From positions 1,562,335 to 1,626,334 of the forward strand of contig MU057521.1 of the NCBI GenBank assembly GCA_013265495.1: a stretch of DNA of 64,000 nt, read 5' to 3'. Shown here piece by piece: positions 24,882 to 38,475 of this stretch. The stretch comes from Vicugna vicugna (taxonomy: Eukaryota). The translations under genes and the position numbers were made by a program. Every line of letters starts with the position of its first letter. Positions within the stretch are counted from its first letter, which is position 1. The notes under the pieces were generated by a model. It did no database searches, had not been told where the DNA came from, and saw only the letters and a program-made list of their open reading frames with translations.

Positions 24882-25089
24882 CAGTGATTCTTAACTGGGA
24901 GTGATTTTCCCACCAGAGGGACATTTGGCGATGTCTGGAGAGATATGGGGTTGTCACTGCTGGGTGGGGACAGGGTGCTACAGGTGTCTGGTAAGGCGAG
25001 ATCAGGGATGTTGCTAAACGTCATACAATGCACGAGGAAGAGGATCATCCCATCCAAAATGTCAGCTATGCTAAGGGTGAGAAACCCTC
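24882..25089 (+). mobile_element. MER20 (hAT-Charlie)
   Basis: CAGTGATTCTTAACTGGGAGTGATTTTCCCCACCAGAGGGACATTTGGCGATGTCTGGAGA...GGGATGTTGCTAAAC...CAAAATGTCA...GGTGAGAAACCCT. Confidence 0.88.
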
Positions 25090-25184
25090 ATCTAAGGGAA
25101 TTTTTCAACCTGATGAACAACCCCAGGGAGATTGACTGGATTTACCAAGGGCCACAGCACAAGCCCTCTCCTTAACCTGACCAA

Positions 25185-25365
25185 GTAGTGAAGCCCGCTG
25201 TGCCAGCTTACAAGATTCCAATTCCATATTCTGCAGCCTCACGTTGGTAGCTTGAAATAGGTTAGTTACACCATGGAAATCAGCAAATACCACAAAGCAA
25301 GCCATTGTGCCTCCACACTCCACATCCTGAAAAGCTGGTTTTAAACATTTACCACCACGTCACTG
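25185..25365. mobile_element. MER63-like hAT element
   Basis: CACGTTGGTAGCTTGAAAT...TACACCATGGAAATCAGCAAAT...GCTGGTTTTAAACATTTACCACCACGTCACTG. Confidence 0.7.
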
Positions 25366-25544
25366 CTTCTCAGTTACTGGAGGAATGAGACTAATCCTCT
25401 GGCACTTTTCAGCCCTCCCCCTTCCTCCCTCCTCCTCCTCCCCCCTCTTCCTCTCTCTGTTTTTAAAGGGCACTACCCTTAAACACACAAGTGAAAGTCT
25501 CTCAGTCCTTAATCTTTGTGTTTCCAGCCTGAAGTCCTCAGAGG

Positions 25545-25712
25545 ACAGCACATGTCAGCATCACCTGGAGGGCTTGTTAAACCACGATGGCTCGGTCCCG
25601 CCTCCAGAGTTTCAGGTTCTGTGGGTCTGTGGGGCCCAAGACTTTGCATTTCCCATAAGTGTTCCAGGTGAGGCTGATGCTGCTGGTCTGGGGACCACAT
25701 TTTGAGGACCAC
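25545..25712 (-). mobile_element. MER5A MITE
   Basis: CAGCATCACCTGGAGGGCTTGTTAAA...CCAGGTGAGGCTGATGCTGCTGGTCTGGGGACCACATTTTGAG. Confidence 0.85.
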
Positions 25713-28700
25713 ATTCCATGCTGTCTGAGAATGGCCTCGCTGACTCATATCACTTTGTCTTTGGGAGGCAACTCAGTGGGATTTAAGGTGATGTTTCCAG
25801 TTCTCTCAAATATTCACATAAATGAAACTTTGCAAGATGTGAACCATCACCTTGTTTGGGCCGCCTGTATTTTTAGCAGTTTTATTTCTCTGGCATCGGA
25901 TCCTCTGAAGGTGGATCTTAGGCTAATCGTGCATGACAGTTAATGAAATAATGCCAAGTGTGGAATGTTAAGTAACAGACTGAGTTTTCAGACTCCAACC
26001 AGAGCCTCTCTAGACCAGTGGTCTAGGAACATAGGAACATAGGAACATACTGACAAGAAAATTTTCTAAAAAATATGAAGAGAAAAAAAGTTCAAAAGTG
26101 AAATTAGCAAAAAAAAATTTTTTTTAAGATAGAGAAGATGAGAAAAAGATGAGTTTTTCCAGTGCTGATGGGAAGCAGTGTGGCTGCCAATGTCACAGGC
26201 GTTCAGGTGCCACACGCCCCAGATAGGATTGTCTTTCCAGGCACCCGTTGTTCATGCTCTGAACCAGCTTCAAAGCAGAGCTCTGCTCTTCCCTCTGCTC
26301 CCGGTGGAGAAGGTGCCAGCCCGAGGCAGGAGTGAACCATGTAAAGTGTGAGAAGGGTTTCTGTGGCATAGCACTCAGCATTTTGCTCCCCACATTCCCC
26401 ATCAATTGTCTGTTTCCCAGTTTCTCTGCTTGGCTACCAGCTCCAGAGCTTTCCTCTCTTCAATCACTCTCCCCACCTCCAGGAAATCATGGCTGCCCTT
26501 TTCTTTGCAAAGTTAAACAGTTTAGCAGGTCTCAGTTTCCTTAAGCCCAGCCACCAGTGGCCCAGGCTTACAGAAGACTCGGTAGAGCACATCACCAAAG
26601 CCGGCCACTTGCAGAGGGATGTAACTCTAAGGGTCCTGGGAGAACAGATGGAGCGCTCCACTGGTGTAAGTCGAGGAGAATTTAACTGAGGGACCGTTTA
26701 CAAAGGCATAGGGAGGGTTTCAGGGAAATCTTTTAATTATACACTTAAAATGCGTGAATTGTATATGTAAATTATATCTCAATAAAGTTGTTAAAAAGAA
26801 ATCTTCCATTGTACATAAGGTAAACATCATACCATTTTACCATTTATAGGATATTTTTTAACAGCATGTTACACATACCACAGCCTGCAAAGTGAAAACA
26901 AAACAAAACACAAGGTCTAGGACAGCATGTATGCGCTTGTATGTTCATAGAAATTTTTCTGCAAGGTAACATAAGAAATTGGTAATAGAGATTTTCTCTG
27001 GGGAGTGGGAATGGTGTGGAGACTTCCCCTGTAAACCCTTTTGTATCTTTAGAATTTAGTGTCATATGTAAACTTTCAAAAGCATGAGTTATTAAACATT
27101 AACATTTTTAAGTATCAGTACACCACAAACCAAAATATACACTTAATATCAGAGATGACCTTTCAGAAAATAAAAATTGTGGAATTTTTTCCCTGTGCAC
27201 AAGACTGTCAATAAGTGATCCTTTCAGGTCTGATATTTGGCCCTTTGCGCTAAGAACAATTTATTCACCTCCACTCATGAGCTGTTTTTCACAGGGGGCT
27301 AAGTTTTAATTACATGGTTAAGTTCAAGATCAGAGATTCACGTCTTTCTGGTCTGTCCTGCCTACTTTATCTGCGCAAAGCGGGAAATAATCTTCCATGC
27401 AAAGTGTTCCAGGGAAAGCTACTACATAAACATTAAATCATTGAGATAATAAATGAGATTGGGAGATGGGATGGGGAGGCCTGATTTATATATCTGCACT
27501 AGTACTTGCAGGACTATAGTTAAAAGGGAAAATAATACATTACACTATTCTTTTTAACAACGTTGGCTGCTGTGGAGGACACTTATATAACTATTGATCT
27601 CTCTTTACTCCCTCTTTGTTGTTGTTCTAAGGGTGTCATGCAAATTGAGAATAAGGTGTTTTTCTAAGTGCAATAAGATGTCATCATAAAAGAGAGTTGT
27701 ATAATGAAGCAGTTTCTTTTTTTTAGGAAAAAAAAAACCCCAAAACCAAAAGAGATTTAACTGATCATTCTTAGAATACTTTAAAGACCCAAAACACATC
27801 AGTCATTAATTCTGTCCCATCCTTTCTGCTGGGCTGTGTGGTCCTGGCTGCTGTAAACTCTGCACAGAATGTGTTTTTTGCAGCCAGACCCCTCCACTGA
27901 AATAATATTCTATAATTGCTCAGTCCTTATGGCCTGAGAAAGCTCACCAGCATCACATTTGGGAAACTGTCTCACCATATCCAGCTACTCACAGTATCTG
28001 GCCAGTCAGCCAAGCAACAACCAAAAAGCGTCTGGGTCTTTGCACAGAGTCACTGCGGTGCACTATAGAGATCTTTGGGGCTGGCTTGGGAGTGGGGTAG
28101 GAGAAGAGGATTATTATTTTCTGAAAAATGTGATTCTTTAAATCCAGTGCTTTTAAAAGTGAGCTTTTTATTTAAATGAGTTGTAGCCAAAAGAAAGAAA
28201 GTACAGAGAAGCATTCATTAATGACAAAGCCTCCTGCTGGTCCCAAGCTAGTCTATTTCTAAAGCAGGAGGCAGAAGAATTGATTCAGACTCGATATGCC
28301 CCAGTTACATTTACTAGGACATTATTAATTTGCTTAATGATGTGCTGTCACACAATTCTTACATGCAGTCGCCAGAAAGTGAAGATGCTACAACTTCTAG
28401 TCTGCAACTGTGATTTCTACTTCATTTCGGGGGAAGCATGGAAAAAATAGAATAGCTAAGGACATTTAATCAAGTCGGAGCCTCACAATTCCTATTTAAA
28501 GCAGCTTTCAACCTCTTTGAATTTACGTTAAAATTAAATGTTTCTCTGAATGAACTGATGTATCTTAATACGTAAGTGTATGTGTGTGAACTTAATCATC
28601 TACTTTCCTATAAAACAAAACATATTGGTAGCTCACATTACCTACTGAGGTAACCTGGCAAAATTGTTTACTGTCCTCCCCAAGTTTTTTCTCCTAATAC

Positions 28701-31700
28701 TTTTTGCTCTAAGTATATTTGATCATGGATGTCTACTCCTCATCCCAACAATGGATAACTGTTAGCAGCACCAACGAAGAGGAATGGGGGAAGGAGAGTG
28801 CCAGCTAGTCAAAGGTGTAAGTAGATGCACAGCCATGCTTTTCTCGCTCTCAATCTCCAAACCCAAAGTCACATGGCAGATACAGGTGGGAGCTGAGATT
28901 CCAACCAGCTGTCTCACACTTGACCCAGCATTTGACCACTGTGCTCTAATGATCAGGTGTGACTCCTCGACACCCTTACTCACTCTGGATATTATTATTT
29001 TGCCGAAATTTTGCCAAGCTGCGGTGTGAGATGGCAAAAGAACGGTGCATGATGAGTTTTAAAAGCATTTTCTCTATATCCAACTTCCAGGGGAGACACA
29101 CTGACTGGTAACTGGTGACTAGGAAAGCTCTATGTCCCCCAAAGGTGCCAAGGATGATAAAGGCTCACGTTGCCTTCTACTGGGGACAGAGGTATAAGGA
29201 ACAAACTAGCAAAATATTGAGGGACAGAAGTCCTTGTCAAAAGGTTAAACCAGGAAATAATTTCCCAGTTCCAGTGCCCTCATTGGAAAAGGATCACTTA
29301 AAAATTTTTTTGCCATATTTCGTGAACATATTTTGTGCTTTGTATATTCTAAATAAGACCTCAAAATCATAACACATTGCAGTTTGGAGAAAGACTTCTT
29401 ATACTCTTTGAATTTAAGAAGACAAAGAGAAAAACAGTTATATGAATAACATGTGGTAAAATTCTGAATACAAAATGAGTATTTACTCATTAATGGATTA
29501 ATGGAACTAATATTTATTCCACAGATCAGCTATACACAAACTAACAAAAGGTATTCAGAAAGGGCATCTGAATTTGTGTGGTCAATAGAATGTTATTAGT
29601 TGTGAAAGTTAATCTTCTAATAAAAGTTAGTATGCGTTCAGTGAAAGAGAGAAAGAGAGAGAGGCATGGTCACTATAATCAATATAAAAGGAATTGAGTT
29701 TAGTGTCTGCAAAGCCAGCATGAAGTGAGGGAGGGAGCCTTGTCGGTCCTCTAGGGGAAGAGCCCAGACAGGGGACAGCACAGCTGTGCACAGGGCCAGG
29801 GGCGGAGCCTGTTTGATGGCTTCAAGGGACAGTCAAGAGAGCTGTGTGGCTGGGGCAGAATGAGTTAGCAAGAGGGCAGGATGTTTAGAGGGGAGCTAGA
29901 GAGGCCGCCAAGATCATGTGTCACCTGGGAGACTGAGATGAGGATTTTGGAGCGAGCCTACCTCCCAGGAATCCTGCAAGAGTGAAGTGAGGTACCCAGC
30001 AGAAGGGTAAGCTCTGTCCCACCCTGCTCTCCTTGCTGTCCCCACTCTCAGACAGCATATTAAGAAATTTCTTGACTGACTCCTCCAACTGAGAAGTTCT
30101 TTTCTACTTAAGTAGTCATCTGATAAGGGATCTGACATTTTTCCATTGCTGAAGGGATGGCATTTAAGGGGTTGTATCAGATAAACTCCATCAAAGTAAC
30201 TTTTCATAAGAAGAATACCTGCTAGACCAGGATGCCACAGAACAAGGTTATACCTGCAAAACCTGCAGAACAAGGATACCTACTTGGGTTGGAAATAAAC
30301 CTCTTGTCCTATAGTCTCTCCTCCCCAGTTAGTCATCTCTGAAGACTCTCCTGGACACTGGAGAGGGGCATGGCCAGATTCTAGAAAACTCTCATGTCTT
30401 TTATTTCCAAAGTGGCCCTATGACTGATCGAAGTCAATGGACCTCGAATGTACTCTTTGTTTGAAAAACATTTTATTGAGTGAAAGGAACATAAGATGAT
30501 GCTATGTATGAATATATTGCCCGCAGATGAATTCTCATTCTATCCCTAGGACTGTCTATCAAACATCATAAATATTTGCAAATTTCTAATTAATCTGCAT
30601 CAATTTTATCATTCCCTCATTTGTGTTCAAAATATATATTTTGGAATGATGTTTCAGCTAGTCACTGCTTTCTAGAAGTTCCTATGATCTGTTCGGGAAA
30701 ATAGGCATGTAACAGTGGTTATTATGAGGCATTCTAGTGCTGCACTCCAGAAACTCTGACCCTGGGAACTCAGGAAAACTTGCTCTCTGTACCCCACCAC
30801 CCCTAAGACTGTTCATTTGGTTGACACCTCAAGGAGGAAACTGCTATATGTACTGGCTCAAAAATGTCTGCTAACCAGACTGTTTGGGGTGTCATTAATG
30901 ACCTTGGCTGAGCTTTTCTGAATTCCAAATTAAAACCATTCTTCTAAAAAAAAAAATGTAAGACCAGAAGAAAAAAAAATACACACATACATTCTTCTAA
31001 CCATTTGTCCCTCTGATATGTCTGAGATGGTAATGTCTGGAAGGCAGCAATAAGTGACAAAACCAAATGCGAAAACTCAGCAGGGAAGCGTCCATGGCGG
31101 GCTTTTGAGAAACTCAGAACTAGACCTTCAGTTGTCTTGCATCTGTTTGGAGGGTGTGGAAGTGTGTAGCGCAATCCCCACTAGAAAGAGGAAATCATCT
31201 GTGGAGCCGTTAGGGAACATTTGCTACCAATTATGCTTTCGCCCTGAAGCCAAGCCCTGAATTCGACTCAGCAAAATGAAATCGTGAACTCTTCCACCAA
31301 GTTTGCTTTCATCTCAGGATGAGATTCAATGTAACATGTGGTATTTAGAGTGTAGCCTTTGACACGCCCGCAAGGAAAAGCAGCTCCGTTTTGTTAGTTT
31401 CCTTGTGCTTCCATCTTGTTCGGGGTGTCAATAACACCACAGCCCGGGGCCGGCAGCTGGTCACCCGGGGAGCGCAGCCAGAAGTAAGAGCCCCGCCAAG
31501 CCATGAACTTCAGTTCAAATGCTCATCTCTGACACAGACAATGCCATCCCTTGTGGTGGGAAACAAAACAGGAGCAGGGCTTTGTATGGCACTTATAATG
31601 ACAATATGCCCTAAGATTCACTTTCTTATTAATGCAGGGTTTGTGTGACTGTGGCATGAAAGACAACTGTGTACTCACTGAAAACAGGGTCACAGTCATT

Positions 31701-32209
31701 GTGTGGTGTCCTGGAAAAATACAAGATCCTTCCAAAACCCAAAACCCTTTTTTAATTTAAGGCTCATTAAAGGGTGTGAACATAATCCTCAGATTAGAAC
31801 ACCCTCTTTAGAAAATTTTCCTTGTTTATTCTAATGGTGTGGGCCTCTTTGACCCCCTGAGCACTTGACCTTGATCACACCCTCTTCCCCCTTATTGAAA
31901 CTCCTACTTTCCTTGATTTTCTTGGCTGCTTTTTTAATGGAGTCCCTTTCTCCACTGATACCCTAAATGGAATTTATAAAATGTTTGTCTTCAAGGCCTC
32001 TTTTTCCTCAGCACCCTTTCTCCTATAGAGCTAATTCTCTTCCAGTCTAAATAATTACAAAATCTGCTCCAAACCTCCTCTCGCCTCCTGAGCTCCGATC
32101 TCTTATTATTTCTAATCACCTGAGTATCTTGCTTCTACTGCAAAATCAAGCAAAACTTGAGTTTAAATCCAACCTATTTCCCCTTTTCCCTCTCTCCAGC
32201 AAAATATAT

Positions 32210-32347
32210 GACCCTTCTGATTTTTTAATTTTAATTTTTGTTTTCATCAATGTTATACATAGTGAGTCAAAGAGTTTTACCTTCATAATCTGGCAGCTCC
32301 CTGCTCCCCATTTCCTTCTCCCTAAAGGCAAATGCTTTCAATCCTTT

Positions 32348-32378
<31 letters not shown>

Positions 32379-33700
32379 CNNNNNNNNNNNNNTTTTTTTT
32401 TTTTTTTTTGGTATTTCCTCCTTGTCACAAATAACCAGTCTGTGTTGCTGATTCTTGCATTTTTCCAGTTTAGGCATGATCTGTCTTACCATCACCACCA
32501 CCACCACCACCACATGCTTGTACACTCTAGTCACACATCCTCCTGACCCCAAATACTTAAAGCACAATTTTGGTTCAATCAATTTTCAACAATTCTTTTG
32601 ACTTTGTACCTGCATTACTGCTGAGTAATGTATTTTTAAGACAATTTTCCTTTCTTCTAAAACTAAACTGTCTTGGTTTTTCATTCGCTTGATTGACTCA
32701 TTTAATTACATGAATTAAACCCCAAACTCTTCACTGGAAGAGTAAATATCTTCTGCTTGTGTTGGGAGCCACTGGGCATATTACCAGCTTCATCTTCTGA
32801 GGAGCCTTCTGACCTGCTCTGTCCCAGACCTTAGAGTCTCCCTTTACCATCAACCTTCTTCTCTCTTGAATTGGGGTCTGTGCTTTCTGGATCCCCTAAC
32901 TTCCTATTTATTGGCATATTTCTTCATTTCTCTGCAGCAAATTCTTCAGTCGGCTCCTGAGAAGAAAGTGACAGGTAAAGTTTGTGGGACTTTGCACATC
33001 TGAGAAGCATCTTTGTTCTTCCCTAACTCTTTTTAGTTCTCTTTCTTTAGTTCTTCCTTCCTTCCTCCTTTCTTCCTCCCTTCCTCTTTTCTTTGCTTTC
33101 CTCTCTTCTCCTTGCCTTTCCTTCTTACCCTAACTTATAATTAGCTGTTTGACCAAGTACTGAATTCTAAGTTGAGTCATTTCCTTTCAGAGATGTGAAG
33201 GTATCATTACTCCATTGTCTGCTATTTTGCTTCTGAGAAGTTGAAGCAATTCTAATTCCTCAGGCTTTTAATATAACTTGTCCCCGCTGTCCCTGGAAAA
33301 CTTCAGGTTTTTTCTTTGTTCTTAATGTTCTGAAGTTTCATGTAATGTGCTTTAATCTAGATCTTTTTTTAATTTACTGTGTTGGGTACTGAATGGGCCA
33401 TGGCAATTTAGAAACTTACATTCTTTAATTCTAGGAAAATGAAACTTTATGATTTCTATCTCCTACTACTTGGATATTAACCCTCTCAAATTTTCTTCAC
33501 TGTTTGTCTCCTATTTCCTCAACTTTTCCTCCAAATTTCCTATTGAGATCTTCATTTTTCTCTTTTAACTTCAGAAAGCTTGTTCTGTTTCTTCTTTATA
33601 TTCTCTTGTTCTTGTTTCACGCAGGCATTAATCTCTTTTCTGAAGACACCGAGGAGTTCTAAAAAGTTGCCTTTTTCAGCTTACTTCCACTGTGTTGTGA
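32210..33700 (-). mobile_element. Ancient LINE (L1ME/HAL1-like) remnants
   Basis: T-rich degenerate segments such as TTACTCCATTGTCT...CTTCTGAGAAG and TTCTGAAGTTTCATGTAATGTGC. Subfamily uncertain. Confidence 0.4.
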
Positions 33701-34423
33701 AAGGTCTTCCTCACATTTGATTCTCGGGGGTCTGCTCCTCATTAGGGGTGAAGCTGTGTGCCCGTAGTCCCTCAGCTGTGGACTTTGCTGCTGAGTAACA
33801 CAGCCGGGCCCTCGATGGGTGTCAGATATCCCTGAGAAAGATCTTTTATGAAGACTAAGTTGGCGGCCAGTGCCCAGGTGGGACAACTGCAAGTCCATGC
33901 CAGGTTTTGTGAGAATTATTAAAAGGTGCCTTTTCTGGGAGGCAGTTGTGCAGGAGCAGGGCTTGGTGATCAGATGCTACCTTATGGAAAAGGAGAAAAA
34001 AGTGCCCCTTCCTCTGGGCAGAGCCTGCACCAGGGCCTGAGGCTGGTGAGGGAGCAGGAGCTGGATTACGGGCCCACTCAGCCCTCAGCCAGGTCCCCTA
34101 AATGTGTTCAAACTCTCTATTTTATCTGCTTTTCCCAGCAATAAACTCTGAAGGGCAATCAGTCTCAAGGAAGGTGGTTACCGGAGATCTAGGGATATCT
34201 TTGCTTCCTAAATAGATCAGCAGCCTCCTCCTTTTAAGTGCCACCTTTATCCTTTCCAGAAGAGCCTGTTGTCACTGTTCCTGTGTCTTTAGGAAGTTCT
34301 GCATTGCAGAGGGGGCTTCCTCTCAGCTAACCCACTCTGCTGCCTCAGAATTCTCTTTCTTGGTTCAGCAAACTCAGTTACCGATCCTTCAGGTCTTCAG
34401 CTTCAAAAATTTTATTATCATGG

Positions 34424-34427
34424 TTCT

Positions 34428-34459
<32 letters not shown>

Positions 34460-34488
34460 GCTTTCTTTCTTTCTTTCTTTCTTTCTTG

Positions 34489-34526
<38 letters not shown>

Positions 34527-34545
34527 CTATCTACCTATCTATCAA
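34424..34545. repeat. (TTTC)n microsatellite with a short (TCTA)n tail
   Basis: Directly visible: ~25 TTTC units with two TTGC interruptions. Confidence 0.97.
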
Positions 34546-36664
34546 TTGTCTATCATTTTCTAAAGTCTACAACCATTTTTGTGGGATTTCCTGAGAGATC
34601 AGAGTTAAATGAGTATTTCAGTCTGCTTTCTTTAGTTAGAAATGTGTCTTATAATTAACAGGCATTGTATATAAGATGATTTTATGACTTTTTTCTCAAA
34701 AGTTTCTTTGTTATATTTGTCCTTTACCATTTCTCCTGAGCCTTTCCTGGTCTTTGCCCAGGTTTGGCATGGTGATAAGCAGTTCCTGGGGTAATTGTAC
34801 ACAGGGACTGTTGTACTGTTAGACAGTTGCACTGTTCTGCTGAATTGTGCAGCACACATTCAGTGTGGATGACAAGTTTTTCTAGTACATCTGGACTACC
34901 TGGCCAGTTTAATGACTTTTGTCCTATTCTTGAGTGACTGGGCCTTCATCATTCTTTAAGATGGGCACTGAACAAATATTGCACTTCTGTGTTAGCAAAT
35001 TGGAAAGAGAAGACATACAGACATAATCTTCCTACAAATGGGTAAAAGTGCATAAAAATGCCTTTTATGTTTTTTGCTGGATGAGAAACCACAAGGGGAC
35101 TGAACTTTATGTTGAACTTATGCGGCCTCTATGTTGGCTACAAGCAGGACAATTTCTGACTTTTTATGGGTGCTCTTGGTCACCCAACATGAAAAACAGA
35201 GTCAAGGGATCACAGACTTTTCTAGATGAGAGAGTGAAATCCAGAGACGTAAACATCATACAGTAGGTTAGCCATATGCTCTGCCAGGACCCCTTTTCCT
35301 TGACATGACTAATTTCTCCTTGCCCTCCACGACCTACCTCAGCATCACCTCTTCTAGGAAGTCTTCCTTCACTGCCAGTCCTCCCTTCTAAGTTGACTTG
35401 GGGATCTTTACCAGATGCTTCCAGAACAATGTGTGCTTACCTCCATTATTGAGGAGAACATCTTTTTCCTAGACCATGTGGGTCAATCCTTCTGCTTTGG
35501 CTCCCTTCAGATTATAACAGTCCTTCTAAAACATTCTTTTTCAGACAGTTACATTACTACACAGTTGGCAAGGCTGCAGTACACTGAATTCACTTCGACT
35601 GAACTTGAATAGTTTCCAGGTCTCTGGAGCAATATATCTACATCTTAGTATGACCTATTTCTACAAATGTATACTTTCAATAATTCTGTCCTTCTGGAGA
35701 CTTTATTCTCAAATTGTGTGACTGGGAGCACTTAATCAGAACTGCCTATATCCTGCTGATGCTTGTCATTTACCCACCTCCCAGGCTTGCTGGGAGAATC
35801 GAATGAGGTGATGTAGATGAAAAATGCTTTGTCAACAGGAATGTGCTATAAAGACACAAGTTATTATATTTACAACATATGCTATTTCTTGTTTATAGTC
35901 CAACCTGAAAAAAAGTTTAGTGGATTAGAAAATAATCTTTAATATGGGGAAAAAATCAATAATTTAATAGACCTTTAGATATAAATTTAATGCAAGCTGT
36001 CTTGTTATATATATAAAAGATCACCAGCTAGAAGTTTTTATTAGTTTTTCTTTCCTTCTTTTATTTTCCGTCTGCAGTTTTTTCATTTGAAAGTATGTTC
36101 CCCTTGCCCTCATATAAATAAATATATAAAACTTGTTTGTGCTCAGTTCTATATAAAAATTAAGATCATTTTGCAACTATAATTAACTTAAAATAGAACT
36201 GAAGTAGATTACAGATACTATAAAATACTATAAATGAATTAATATTTACTCTAGCAATTCTGTGTAGTTCCCTGCATCTTTCAGTCTTGGATTTTGAATC
36301 TCCAACCTGTAAAAAATTTTAAATACATTAACTAAAGCTTGTTTTTTCTCCCTGTGTTTTGGTATTACTATTCATTATAAATCTTATCAATCAACTTTGA
36401 CTATAATAGTATTTAAATACTTACATGTGAGTAGGGAAAATTATAGATATGAGCTTTCCCACACTATTATCCTTCAGTGCCCTTTGCCTGATTTAAATCT
36501 AACATGCATTGATTTCACAATTAAGTTTTTATATTTTTAAGCACCAGAGGCCAGGTAGGTCATAATTCTAGAAAATTTATGTTAATATTAAAGTGTCAAC
36601 CTTCAGAATACAGAAAAGGTATAATGAGGAAATGTTCATTCTTCACAATATTCTGGGGGAAAAG

Positions 36665-37548
36665 AAAACAAACCTCTATTGTCACTATTCAACATAGAAT
36701 TGGAAGTCCTAGCCCTAGCAATCAGGTAAGAAAAAGAAATAAAAAGGGCCCAAATTGAAAAAATACTTAGGAATAAACCTGACCAAGGAGGTGAAACAGG
36801 AACCCTCCTACACTGCTGTTGGGAATGTATTTTGGTGTAGCCATTATGGAAAACAGTATAGAGATTCCTCAGAAAACTAAGAATAGACTTACCATATGAT
36901 CCAGTAATCCCACTCCTGGGCATAAATCTGGAGGGAATGCTAATTCAAAAAGACACACACTACCCCAATGTTCATAGCAGCACTATATACAATAGCTAAG
37001 ACATGGAAACAACCTAAATGCCCATCAACAGATGACTGGGTAAGGAAGTTGTGATATATTTATACAATGACATACTACTAAGCCATAAAAAGGAATAAAA
37101 TAAGGTCATTTGCAGAAACATGTATGGAACTTAGAAGATGGTCATTCTAAGTGAAGTCAGCCAGAAAGAAAAAGAAAAATACCATAGGCTATCATTCATA
37201 TGTGGAGTTTAAGGAGGAAAAAAGGACACAAATGAACTTATTTACAAAATAAAAACAGACTCACAAACATAGAAAATAAATTTATGGTTACCAGGGGAGG
37301 AAGGGGTGGGAAGGGATAAGTTGGGAGTTCGAGATTTGCAGTACTGACTATTATATATAAAATAGATACACAACAAGTTTCTACTGTATATAGCACAGGG
37401 AACTACATTCAGTATCTTGTAGTAATCTATAATGGAAAAGCATATGAAAATGAACATATGTACGTATATGTATACCTGAAACATTATGCTGTACACCAGA
37501 AATTGACACAACATTGGAAACTGACTACACTGCAATTAAAAAAAAGAA
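36665..37548 (+). mobile_element. Camelid/artiodactyl L1 3' end preceded by short non-contiguous ORF2 pieces
   Basis: CTATTCAACATAGAATTGGAAGTCCTAGCC; AAAATACTTAGGAATAAACCTGACCAAGGAGGTGAA; then GGAACCCTCCTACACTGCTG...CATGGAAACAACCTAAATG...GTATATAGCACAGGGAACTAC...poly(A). Confidence 0.9.
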
Positions 37549-37959
37549 AAGATTGACAAACAAAGTTGCAAAGTGAATGTCATTCTACTTCCTCTTCCAG
37601 ATTTTGCTGCCAATTTTGGAACTGTCTCCACACATTCACCCCAGCTTTGTCCTTCCCTGGGCCTGCCCATCCTACCAAGCTCTCCCTTGTCTCCTATCTC
37701 ACATGACCAGAGCCCAGGGTTTTATGTAATAAGTGTGTTAAATAAATCCAATGTTCTTGTGTCTTAAACAAACAAAAAAAGACAAAACCTTTTATTAAAG
37801 GATTATGCGTAAAGGACTATGAACTTACACACCCTCAAGCCACAATTCAGAGACAGAAACAGAATATTTATCAGCAGCCCAGAAGCCTCCTCCAGTCACT
37901 GCACCAGGCCAAAATGAACTTCTATTCTGATTTCTGTCAGATTAGTTTTGTTTACTCTT

Positions 37960-38152
37960 TTTTAAAAAAATTGTGTTAAAATGTCCATAACATAAAATTT
38001 ACTATCTTACTCTTTTTAGGTGTTAAATACATTCACATTGCTGTGCAACCAATCTCTAGAACTCTTTCTATCTTGCAAAACTCAAAACTCTGTACCCATT
38101 AAATAACAACTCCCCATTCTCCCCCTCTCCCCGATCTTGGCAACCACCGTTC
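37960..38152 (-). mobile_element. L1M 3' UTR fragment
   Basis: CATAACATAAAATTTACTATCTTA...CATTCACATTGCTGTGCAACCAATCTCTAGAACT...TGTACCCATTAAATAACAACTCCCCATT. Confidence 0.75.
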
Positions 38153-38159
38153 ATTTGTA

Positions 38160-38345
38160 CTCCCAATTTTGGTGTCAGAAAGCTTGGCTTTCTATCCTTG
38201 CTTTGCCCCTTCCTAGCTGTGTGATCTTGGAAAAGATACTGAATCTTTCTGAGCTCTTCTTTACAATGGGAATCATCTATAACTCTTAAAGGGGTCAAAG
38301 GGATTAAATTAGAAAATATAGGTGCCAAGCCTTGCAGTGCCTCTG
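38160..38345 (+). mobile_element. MIR SINE
   Basis: CCTTCCTAGCTGTGTGATCTTGGAAAAGATACTGAATCTTTCTGAGCTC...ACAATGGGAAT. Confidence 0.7.
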
Positions 38346-38348
38346 GCA

Positions 38349-38475
38349 TAGGGCTACCAGATAATATATAAATTCAAATCTCAGATAAACAACAATTTTT
38401 TTTCATGATAAGTATGTCCAAATATTTCAGTTACTGGGAGTCCTGTATGTTATTTGCTAAATCTGGCCATCTCAC
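38349..38475. mobile_element. Internally deleted MER53
   Basis: TAGGGCTACCAGATAA...TCAGATAAACAAC...TAAGTATGTCCAAATAT...CTGGGAGTCCTGTATGTTATTTGCTAAATCTGGC. Confidence 0.7.

Noticed and set aside
32352..32408. Poly(T) tract around a 13-N gap as a retro-insertion tail
   Set aside because: No element body or clear TSD; probably an unresolved homopolymer.
34360..34658. Phe/Leu/Ser-rich membrane-like ORFs
   Set aside because: They are translations of the (TTTC)n microsatellite.
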